Shown: positions 7,179 to 13,825 of the stretch, one piece after another
Layout: each line of letters starts with the position of its first letter
Position numbering within the stretch: the first letter of the stretch is position 1
NCBI GenBank assembly: GCA_034436315.1
Contig: DAOTVR010000130.1
Span: forward strand, 1 to 43,477
DNA from: Anaerolineae bacterium
GTDB lineage: Bacteria > Chloroflexota > Anaerolineae > UBA1429
Direction of reading: 5' to 3'
Length of the DNA stretch: 43,477 nucleotides
Translations under genes and position numbers: made by a program
Notes under the pieces: model-generated
What the model was told of the DNA's origin: nothing
The model's database searches: none
The model's input: the letters and a program-made list of their open reading frames with translations, nothing else

Positions 7179-9893
7179 ATGAAGCGGAGGGTGCTCGTCT
7201 CGTTGGCTGTCCTCGCGGCAGCCTATATGTTCCTCATGGTGGACGGCTCCGCTCTAGAAACCCTCGCTTTCACGCCCTCAAGCGAAGGCTTAAGGGGGAG
7301 TTCGCTTGTTCCGCCTGCCTTGAGCCAGGCCTCGGTTTCCCACGGTGAGGAGAGCGGATCATCGCGCCTGGCCGTGGAGAGCTGGTCGCCGCCGGAGCGG
7401 GTCATCTCGGCGACGGCCGATTGCGCCCACCCCGCGCTGGCCGTGGATCGGGCCGACGGGGCGCTGCACCTCGTCTGGGAGGAGGCCGCCGCGGAGGGCA
7501 ACCGCATCGCCTACGCCCGCCGCGACGCTTTGGGCTGGCAGCCCGAAGCCCTCCCGGCGCCCCAAGGGGATAGCCCGGCCATCGCCCTGGATGCCGGGGG
7601 GCGGGCGCACATCGCCTATATCCAGGCCATCAGCGGGGAGCTACAGGTTTACCACCGCGTCCGCAGCGCGGAGGGCTGGAGCCTGCCGACCAGGGTGAGC
7701 TTGGGCGGCGGCCAATGTGCCGACCCCGATATCGCCATCGCCCCCGGCGGCGAGATAGACCTGGCCTGGGCGACCAGCCTGGGGATGATCAAACAGCTCT
7801 ACCGCGCCCGCTCCACGGATAACGGCGCCAGTTGGGGGCTGGTGGAGCCGCTCCTCTACGACGCGAGCTACGTCTACGGCTATGCCCCCAGCCTGGCCGC
7901 CGCGCCCGACGGGGGGCTCTGGTTGGCCTACCAGGGCGAGCCCGGCCCGACGGGCACCGTCGCGGCGGATATCTACGCCCTGCGATGGAGCGCGGGGCGA
8001 TGGCTTTCGCCGACCAACGTCTCTAACGGGCCGACGGGGCAATTCGCCCGAGGGGCCCAGATCGCCTGCGACTCCAGGGGGCGGGCACACCTCGTCTGGG
8101 AGACGGAGGCGCCCGATGGCCGGCTGTTCATCCAATACGCCCTCTACGCCAACGGCGTCTGGAGCGCGCCCCTGCGGCTCTCTCCGCCCACCGAATCGGC
8201 CACCGGCCCTTGCCTCGCCGTCGGCGCGGACGATACGGTCTATGTCGCCTGGATCGCCGGCCGCGCCCTGAGCTTTCGCAAGCGCGCGAGCAACGGCCTG
8301 TGGAGCGCGCTGGAGCGCATCGCCACCGACCAGGCGGGCCTACGCGGGGTGACGATCGCCGCCGATGGGGGGGCCGTCTATGTGGTGTGGAGCGCGCGCG
8401 GCCCCTCGGGGCTGCGGGAGCTCTTCTTCAGCCGGCGCTTGCCACCGCCAACGCCGACGCCCACGGATACGCCGACCCCCTCGCCCACCTTTACGCTAGA
8501 GCCCACGGCGACGCCCACGCCCACCGTGCCGCTGGTGGAAACGCCGACGGCCACGCCCACAGCAACCGAGACGCTCACGCCGACGGCGACGGTCACCTCG
8601 ACGGCCTCGCCGAGCGAGACGCCGCCCCTCAGCCCCACGCCCACCTATACGGTGATCCTCCCCCCGCGCGCCTTTATCCCCGTCGCCCTCAGGCCCGGCG
8701 GCGAGGCCTCGCCGGAGGGGAATCGCGAGACCCCCACGCCGGCCCAAGCGCGGCTGCAGGCTCTGCCGGCCTGGGCCTGGTCACAGAGCGTGGAGAACCT
8801 CTCCTCCTCCGGCGCCGATTCCCGCCAAGCCGCCCTGGCCGTGGCCCCTAACGGCACGGCCTATGCCGTGTGGCAGGAGTGGGACGAGCGCTATAGGCGC
8901 TGGATGCTCTATTATAGCGTTCGCGCGGGGGGCAATTGGTCGGCGCCGAGCCCCTTCTTCGCCGGGGAGCAGCCCGATCTGGCCGTCGGGCCGGATGGCC
9001 GGGTGCACCTCGTCTACGCCAACGAGATGTTCGGCAACTATGAGATCTATTACTCCACCTGGCTGGGGGATCGCTGGGCGGCCTCCAAGAACGTCTCCAA
9101 TACCAAGGAGGGGGTCTCCTCGCAGCCGGCCGTCGCCTGCGATGCCGGCGGCTTGCCGGTGGTGGTGTGGAGCGACACCACCGGCGGGCAGGCGTACATC
9201 TACTTTGCCTACCAGAATAACGGCGCCTGGCAGACCTATTGGGTCTCTTCCTCCTACGGTGGCAGCGCCCCCGACCTGGCCCTGGGCAAGAACGGCCGCC
9301 TCTGGCTCAGTTGGCAGGCTAAAGAGGGGGATTATTACGACGTCTTTGCCCTCTTCGGCGATGGCCGTTCGTGGAACCGGGAGGCGGTGAACGTCTCGGA
9401 TAGCGCGAGCGCCGACTCCCTCGCCCCTCGGTTGGCGGGGGACCGCTCGTGGGGGGCGTTCCTGGTCTGGCAGGAGGTCCGTAGCAGCTCGGCCATCTAC
9501 TACGCCGATACGCTGGAGGGCATTGACTGGTGGAGCGAGCCGACGAACCTCTCGCAGCTCGCCGGGCGGCCCGAACAGCCCTCTATCGCGGCCAACGCCG
9601 CCGGGGACGTGCACGTCGCCTGGAGCCACGTCGTCACCCCGGCCCAGGGGAGCCAATTACTCCATCGCCGCCGCGACCCCTCCACGGGGCAGTGGCTGCC
9701 GTTCGACGAGATCGCCCAGGAGCCAGCCAACCCCGGCCTCGGCGAGGTGGAGCTGGCCGCCGGCCCCGGCCGAGAGGTCCATGCCCTGTGGGCCAAGCCC
9801 CTGGCCAACGGCAAGCGGGATATCTACCATCGCCAGGGCGACCTGGCCTGGCCCTATCGCCTGCAGTTGCCGCTGATCTTTCGCTCCCGCTAG
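7179..9893 (+). CDS. Secreted protein with two seven-bladed propeller-like halves (sialidase/BNR-like) joined by a PT-rich linker
   Basis: An N-terminal signal/TM segment is present. A blade signature is repeated 7 + 7 times (..PALAVDRADGALHLVWEE.., ..AIALDAGGRAHIAYIQ.., ..LAVGPDGRVHLVYAN.. and others). There is one STDNGASW Asp-box. The linker is about 70 aa of PT-rich sequence. Confidence 0.6.
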   Translation: MKRRVLVSLAVLAAAYMFLMVDGSALETLAFTPSSEGLRGSSLVPPALSQASVSHGEESGSSRLAVESWSPPERVISATADCAHPALAVDRADGALHLVWEEAAAEGNRIAYARRDALGWQPEALPAPQGDSPAIALDAGGRAHIAYIQAISGELQVYHRVRSAEGWSLPTRVSLGGGQCADPDIAIAPGGEIDLAWATSLGMIKQLYRARSTDNGASWGLVEPLLYDASYVYGYAPSLAAAPDGGLWLAYQGEPGPTGTVAADIYALRWSAGRWLSPTNVSNGPTGQFARGAQIACDSRGRAHLVWETEAPDGRLFIQYALYANGVWSAPLRLSPPTESATGPCLAVGADDTVYVAWIAGRALSFRKRASNGLWSALERIATDQAGLRGVTIAADGGAVYVVWSARGPSGLRELFFSRRLPPPTPTPTDTPTPSPTFTLEPTATPTPTVPLVETPTATPTATETLTPTATVTSTASPSETPPLSPTPTYTVILPPRAFIPVALRPGGEASPEGNRETPTPAQARLQALPAWAWSQSVENLSSSGADSRQAALAVAPNGTAYAVWQEWDERYRRWMLYYSVRAGGNWSAPSPFFAGEQPDLAVGPDGRVHLVYANEMFGNYEIYYSTWLGDRWAASKNVSNTKEGVSSQPAVACDAGGLPVVVWSDTTGGQAYIYFAYQNNGAWQTYWVSSSYGGSAPDLALGKNGRLWLSWQAKEGDYYDVFALFGDGRSWNREAVNVSDSASADSLAPRLAGDRSWGAFLVWQEVRSSSAIYYADTLEGIDWWSEPTNLSQLAGRPEQPSIAANAAGDVHVAWSHVVTPAQGSQLLHRRRDPSTGQWLPFDEIAQEPANPGLGEVELAAGPGREVHALWAKPLANGKRDIYHRQGDLAWPYRLQLPLIFRSR

Positions 9894-9964
9894 GGCCTCG
9901 CGGGGCGCGCCGCCGCGCCCGAGACGGGCGGGCATAGGGAAACTCAAATTTCCCCTGAGGCGCC

Positions 9965-10735
9965 TCAAAGCGTCAGGATATCCGGCTCGCCATCGGTGAC
10001 GGCGATGGTGTGCTCAAAGTGCGCGCAGAGGCTGCCGTCCACGGTGGCCACCGTCCAGTGATCCTCCTTGACGTAGAGGATCGGGGGGCCGACGGTGAGC
10101 ATCGGCTCCAGGGCGAAGGTCATCCCCGGGCGCAGGGGGTCGCCGCGATTGCGCTTGCCCCAGTTGGGGATCTGCGGGTCCTCGTGCATCTCGCGGCCCA
10201 CGCCGTGGCCGGTGTACTCGCGCACCACCTGATAGCCCTGCGATTCGGCCCACTCCTGGATGGTGGCCGAGATATCCCCGACGCGCGCCCCCGGCCGCGA
10301 GGCCTCTATGGCCAGCCGCAGCGCCTCGCGGGTGGTGGCGATCAGCCGCTCGGCCTCCGGCGAGACGCGCCCCACCGGCAAGGTGACCGCCGCATCGCCC
10401 ACGAAACCGCCCCAGATCACCCCCACATCCAGGCTGATGATATCCCCCTCCTTCAGGCGGCGCTTGGGGCTGGGGATGCCGTGGACCAGCTCGGAGTTGA
10501 TGCTGGCGGTGATCGTCGCCGGGTAGGGACAATCGGGGAAGCTGGGGTTGGGGTAGTTCAGGAAGGCGGGCCTGCCGCCGTGAGAGCGGATGACCTCCTC
10601 GGCGATGCGATCCAGCTCCTTGGTGGTGACGCCGGGGCGCACGGCGCGGCTCATCGCCTCCAAAGCCAGGGCGGTGATCCGCCCCGCCTTGCGCATCAGC
10701 TCGATTTCCTCGCGGGTCTTGATGATGATGGGCAT
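9965..10735 (-). CDS. map: Methionine aminopeptidase, type I
   Basis: MPIIIKTREEIELMRKAGRI.. with full-length resemblance to MetAP, including the metal-ligand contexts DxGVxxxGxxGD, HGxGxxxHE and EP..T. Confidence 0.92.
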   Translation of the reverse strand: MPIIIKTREEIELMRKAGRITALALEAMSRAVRPGVTTKELDRIAEEVIRSHGGRPAFLNYPNPSFPDCPYPATITASINSELVHGIPSPKRRLKEGDIISLDVGVIWGGFVGDAAVTLPVGRVSPEAERLIATTREALRLAIEASRPGARVGDISATIQEWAESQGYQVVREYTGHGVGREMHEDPQIPNWGKRNRGDPLRPGMTFALEPMLTVGPPILYVKEDHWTVATVDGSLCAHFEHTIAVTDGEPDILTL

Positions 10736-10758
10736 GGCCGCTCACCCCACGATGTCGT

Positions 10759-10782
10759 GGGCGTTCAATGGAACGCCCCTAC
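10759..10782. repeat. Family-1 palindromic element (single copy)
   Basis: GGGCGTTCAATGGAACGCCCCTAC. Its GTAGGGG end, read on the minus strand, contains the TAG stop of the 10779..11834 gene. Confidence 0.75.
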
Positions 10783-11834
10783 GCCTGGCTGCTGGTCGGT
10801 CCCATCGCTTGGCCGAGGGAGGCCAGGGCCGGCGTCTCCACGTTGGCTTGCTTGGCGAGGCGCATCAGGTGATCGTAGAGGGCCTCCATCTCCTCCGAGG
10901 CGGCGGCCAGGTAACCGTCCACGAGCGCGGAGGCCCAGGGGATAAAGGCCATCAAGCGCACCAAGGCCACCTGCAACCCAAGCGGCCGGGCAAAGATCTG
11001 GCTCTCGGCGGGCGGGGTGATGGGGATGCCGTTGGCCGCGAGGACGGTATAGGCCTCGCGCAGGGCCTGAAGGTAGAGCCGGGCCTCCTCGGCGCTGCGG
11101 GCCATCCGGCGCACGTGGCCGCCGTTGCGGTACACGCAGGCCGCCAGCACGGCGATCATCGCCGCGTGGGTCTGCAGCCAGGGCACGATATGCCGCTGCA
11201 CCTCCACCTTGAGCCTCGCCCGGCGGAGGATGCCGGCGGCAAAGTGCAGGCGCTGCGTATCGGCCCCGTCCACCTCGCCGATGACCGTGGTCCCCAGGCC
11301 GAGGGGCCAATGGCGCACCACGCCGTCCACGAGCATCCCCCCCGTCCCGGGGAAGCCCAGGAGGGGCGGCTCCTCGCCCAGGGGCGCAGCCCCGGCGAGG
11401 TTGTGTTGCAAGAGCAAGACGGGCGTGGTCGCCGCGAGCGGCCTGAGCGCCTCCAGGGCCTCGCGCGTCTGGGTACAGGGCACGGCGACGATGGCCAGGT
11501 CATACTCCTCCTGAGAGGGCACCTCGGCGACGAGGCGCACCGCCGGGCGCAGGCGGCGATGGGTGAAGGCATCTTCCACCTGGAGGCCCCGCTCGGCCAG
11601 CTCCTGCAAGCGCCGGCCCCGGGCCAGCAGGGTCACCTCCATCCCCCAATGGGCTAGGTGAGCGGCATAGCTGCTGCCCACCACGCCGGCCCCCAGGACG
11701 AACACGCGAACCTCGCGGTTGCGTGCGCGCCGGGCCGTGATCTGTCGCCGATGGCGGGCGACGGCCCCCGCCGCCAGGCCGCCGGCCAAAAGCCCCGCCA
11801 AGCCCGCGATCGCGTACACCGTGCGCTTGCGCAT
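10779..11834 (-). CDS. Ketopantoate reductase (ApbA/PanE) family oxidoreductase with an N-terminal TM segment
   Basis: Has a Rossmann motif (VRVFVLGAGVVGSSYAAHLAHWGMEVTLLARG) and family-like length. It is the longest ORF among the competing frames. Confidence 0.65.
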   Translation of the reverse strand: MRKRTVYAIAGLAGLLAGGLAAGAVARHRRQITARRARNREVRVFVLGAGVVGSSYAAHLAHWGMEVTLLARGRRLQELAERGLQVEDAFTHRRLRPAVRLVAEVPSQEEYDLAIVAVPCTQTREALEALRPLAATTPVLLLQHNLAGAAPLGEEPPLLGFPGTGGMLVDGVVRHWPLGLGTTVIGEVDGADTQRLHFAAGILRRARLKVEVQRHIVPWLQTHAAMIAVLAACVYRNGGHVRRMARSAEEARLYLQALREAYTVLAANGIPITPPAESQIFARPLGLQVALVRLMAFIPWASALVDGYLAAASEEMEALYDHLMRLAKQANVETPALASLGQAMGPTSSQA

Positions 11835-11952
11835 CTCCTCTCCTTTATCCCCTCATCTATGCTGACGTTGCCGGGTGCTGCCCCTTAGGGGTAAGCCCCC
11901 GATGCCTCACGGACGCGCGCGGAACACCCGCCGTGAGAAGGGCGCTGGGGCA

Positions 11953-11981
11953 AGTATAGCCACGATGCCCGGCCAGGGCAA
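11953..11981 (-). promoter_or_regulatory. Sigma70-type promoter for the PanE-family/map transcription unit
   Basis: The minus strand reads TTGCCC-17nt-TATACT. Confidence 0.5.
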
Positions 11982-11998
11982 ACGCGGCTGCGTGCCTT

Positions 11999-12014
11999 GT
12001 TCACAAAAGTGAAC
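11999..12014. promoter_or_regulatory. Perfect 6-4-6 palindrome just upstream of the -35 of the 12081 gene
   Basis: GTTCAC-AAAA-GTGAAC. This is a candidate operator. Confidence 0.4.
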
Positions 12015-12023
12015 GATTGCCCC

Positions 12024-12052
12024 TTGATTTTCGCCCTCATCTTTGCTATGAT
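12024..12052 (+). promoter_or_regulatory. Near-consensus sigma70 promoter of the phage-like module
   Basis: TTGATT-17nt-TATGAT. Confidence 0.6.
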
Positions 12053-12056
12053 GGGT

Positions 12057-12072
12057 TAGAACAAATGTTCTA
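12057..12072 (+). promoter_or_regulatory. LexA-type (Cheo-box-like) operator between the -10 and the RBS
   Basis: TAGAAC-AAAT-GTTCTA is a perfect palindrome with a GAAC-N4-GTTC core. It lies 4 nt after the -10 and abuts the AGGAG RBS of the ATG at 12081. Confidence 0.55.
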
Positions 12073-12080
12073 AGGAGATC

Positions 12081-12515
12081 ATGCCCAAGAACCCCCGCAA
12101 GCGCCGCTGCGAGGTGCAGGGCTGCCGGGCCTGGGCCAAGCGCGGCGAGAGCTTGTGCGCCGCACACCTGCATTCGCGCCTGGTACAGGAGCGCCCCGAG
12201 CTGCTCCTGCCCTTGTTGCGCGCCGTGGCCCAGGGGATGGAGGAGCGCCCCCTGGACGACCTGCGGCTCATCGATCAGGAGCTGCGCAACCTCTTTTTGG
12301 CGCGGGCCTTTTTCATCGCCTGGGTGGAGAAGCTGCGCGCCGAGCCGCCCGAGAGGCCCGGCCTGGGGCCGGGGCAGTTCCTGCGCGCCTGGAACGAGTC
12401 CACCGCCCGCCTGGTGCAGCTCTTGCGCGCCCGCCGCGAGCTGGGCGGCGACCAAGAGGGGGAATTCGGCGAGCTGATCCGCAGCGTGTACGAAACGCTG
12501 GAAGGGGATCAGTAA
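12081..12515 (+). CDS. Hypothetical small protein with an N-terminal Cys/His cluster
   Basis: AGGAGATC-ATG start. The sequence MPKNPRKRRCEVQGCRAWAKRGESLCAAHLH has a C-x4-C-x12-C-x2-H pattern, and the rest is helical. I recognise no family. Confidence 0.55.
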   Translation: MPKNPRKRRCEVQGCRAWAKRGESLCAAHLHSRLVQERPELLLPLLRAVAQGMEERPLDDLRLIDQELRNLFLARAFFIAWVEKLRAEPPERPGLGPGQFLRAWNESTARLVQLLRARRELGGDQEGEFGELIRSVYETLEGDQ

Positions 12516-12683
12516 TCAGCTTTCAGCGGTCAGCTTTCGGCTGTCAGCAACCAGCTTTCGGCCGTCGGCGGTCAGTTCTTACCCTGGGGGATGATCGCTG
12601 ACCGAAAAAGCCGATAGCTGCCGGCTGACCGCTGATAGCTGATAACCGAAGGCTGACCGCTGAGGCCTGACTACTGATAACTG
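12516..12683. repeat. Heptamer-armed hairpin element (family 2) between convergent genes
   Basis: Left arm is ATCAGCT TTCAGCG GTCAGCT TTCGGCT GTCAGCA ACCAGCT TTCGGCC GTCGGCG GTCAG. After the loop, the right arm reads GCTGACC..GCTGATA GCTGATA..GCTGACC GCTGAGG. Its last units encode ..GSYQ* of the minus-strand ORF. Confidence 0.75.
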
Positions 12684-13492
12684 CCTGGCGGCAACAGCGG
12701 GGCCATGTGGCTCCAGAGGTTAAAGTAGCGCCCACCGGAGACGCGGCCCACGTCGTCGCGGTAGGCTTGGAGGAAGACGAGGGAGACGCGGCGATGCTCG
12801 GCCGCCCAGCGTTCCAGGGAGCGGAGGAGGAGCCGTGCGGGGCCCTCCACATCCCAATGGCGACAAAAGACGCCCATGTAGGCCCGTTCGGCGTCCGCCT
12901 CGGAGCGCACCAAGGCGAGGAAATCGGCCTCCAGCTCGGCCAGGACCTCGGCGGGGATGGGTTTCAGGCCCTCCCCTAAGTCTACCAAGGCCAAGTTGAC
13001 GGCTGCCAGGAGCGGCCTGGGGCACGCCCCCGGAGGGAGGGCGCGCAGCTCGGCGGCGCAGCGGGGATCGGCATTGGCCACGGTCTTCAGCTCATAGGCG
13101 CGCACAAAGCCGGGGTCGAGCAGGACTATATCGTAAGGATGAAGGGTGAAGGATGAAGGATGGACCGTGGCCCTCATCTCCCTTGGTCCCCCTTCTCCCA
13201 AGTTTGGGAGAAGGGGGGAAGGGGGTTGAGGGTCCTTCGTCCTTCCGCCTTCATCCTTCCCCATGAGGCCCAGCTCGTAAGCCAGGAGAGGAGGGTAATC
13301 GCGGTGTAGCAGGCTCGTCCAGCGGCCATCGCGGGTGGCATAGCGCGCCCTCAAGAGCGGCTCGCGCTCCAAGGCGGCGAAGGCCGCCGCGTGCAGGTCG
13401 GCCTCGCGCAGGAAGAGGTCGGGCGCATCCTGAAACTGCCGGATGAGCTCGGCCAAAGCGCGCTCTAAGGCAACGCAATGTGCAACGCTCAC
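12671..13492 (-). CDS. Hypothetical protein, possible PD-(D/E)XK-fold nuclease, with an in-frame palindromic insert
   Basis: It is the longest ORF in the region and starts with GTG. YDIVLLD..AYELKT fits an hD..(D/E)xK signature. Residues GKDEGG..FTLHP are encoded by the 13135-13262 palindrome. Confidence 0.45.
   Translation of the reverse strand: MSVAHCVALERALAELIRQFQDAPDLFLREADLHAAAFAALEREPLLRARYATRDGRWTSLLHRDYPPLLAYELGLMGKDEGGRTKDPQPPSPLLPNLGEGGPREMRATVHPSSFTLHPYDIVLLDPGFVRAYELKTVANADPRCAAELRALPPGACPRPLLAAVNLALVDLGEGLKPIPAEVLAELEADFLALVRSEADAERAYMGVFCRHWDVEGPARLLLRSLERWAAEHRRVSLVFLQAYRDDVGRVSGGRYFNLWSHMAPLLPPGSYQ
13135..13262. repeat. Family-3 palindromic element with AAGGRTG/CCTTCNN heptamer arms, inside a CDS
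   Basis: Left arm is AAGGATG AAGGGTG AAGGATG AAGGATG. The central perfect palindrome is CCCTTCTCCC-AAGTTT-GGGAGAAGGG. Right arm is CCTTCGT CCTTCCG CCTTCAT CCTTCC. Confidence 0.7.
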
Positions 13493-13508
13493 GAGTTAGT
13501 TCTCAGGA

Positions 13509-13668
13509 GTCAGCTTTCAGCGGTCAGCCATCAGCTATTGGCAGTTAGCGGTCAGCTATCGGTGATCAACCCTTCCGACTTGAAACTAACGGCTAACAGC
13601 TGACGACTGATAGCTGACAGCTGATGGCTGAAAGCTGATAGCTGACGGCTAATGGCTGATGGCCGATC
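13509..13668. repeat. Heptamer-armed hairpin element (family 2), largest copy
   Basis: Left arm from 13511 is CAGCTTT CAGCGGT CAGCCAT CAGCTAT.. Right arm from 13596 is ACAGCTG ACGACTG ATAGCTG ACAGCTG ATGGCTG AAAGCTG ATAGCTG ACGGCTA ATGGCTG ATGGCCG. Confidence 0.8.
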
Positions 13669-13680
13669 ACGGACAACCAG

Positions 13681-13709
13681 ATTGTAAGTTGGTCGCTGGG
13701 GCTTGTCAA
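13681..13709 (-). promoter_or_regulatory. Consensus sigma70 promoter between two hairpin elements, facing the 12671..13492 ORF
   Basis: The minus strand reads TTGACA-17nt-TACAAT. Confidence 0.55.
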
Positions 13710-13718
13710 CTGCGATGG

Positions 13719-13812
13719 CTGTCAGTGTTCAGCAGTCAGTCGTCAGCGGTCAGCCAGCTCTTGGCCGTCGGCCATTCCGGCTGAGGGCTGAAAGCTGGCT
13801 GCTGATAGCTAC
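13719..13812. repeat. Heptamer-armed hairpin element (family 2)
   Basis: The left arm is GTCAGTG TTCAGCA GTCAGTC GTCAGCG GTCAGCC AGC. After the loop, the right arm is GGCTGAGG GCTGAAA GCTGGCT GCTGATA GCT. It is read through by the listed ORF 13703.. but is probably non-coding. Confidence 0.7.
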
Positions 13813-13825
13813 TTCGGAGGTTTCC

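Noticed and set aside
8440-8650. PT-rich, tandem-looking DNA (ACGCCCACG/ACGCCGACG motifs). It also occurs at 5140-5370 and 35815-35960.
   Set aside because: These stretches encode Pro/Thr-rich interdomain linkers or tails of secreted proteins, in frame. The periodicity is a codon-level consequence, not a separate genetic element.
9894-9964. Small hairpin GGGAAA-CTCAAA-TTTCCC between the convergent propeller and map genes.
   Set aside because: The stem is only 6 bp and AT-rich, with no flanking U-tract on either strand. It is not distinguishable from chance.
13703-13825. N-terminal 41 codons of the listed terminase ORF (MSTAMAVSVQQSVVSGQPALG..).
   Set aside because: This stretch is a translation of the heptamer hairpin 13719-13812. 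A TTG at 13826 with a GGAGG 5 nt upstream, just before the conserved part, is more plausible. The exact start remains uncertain.
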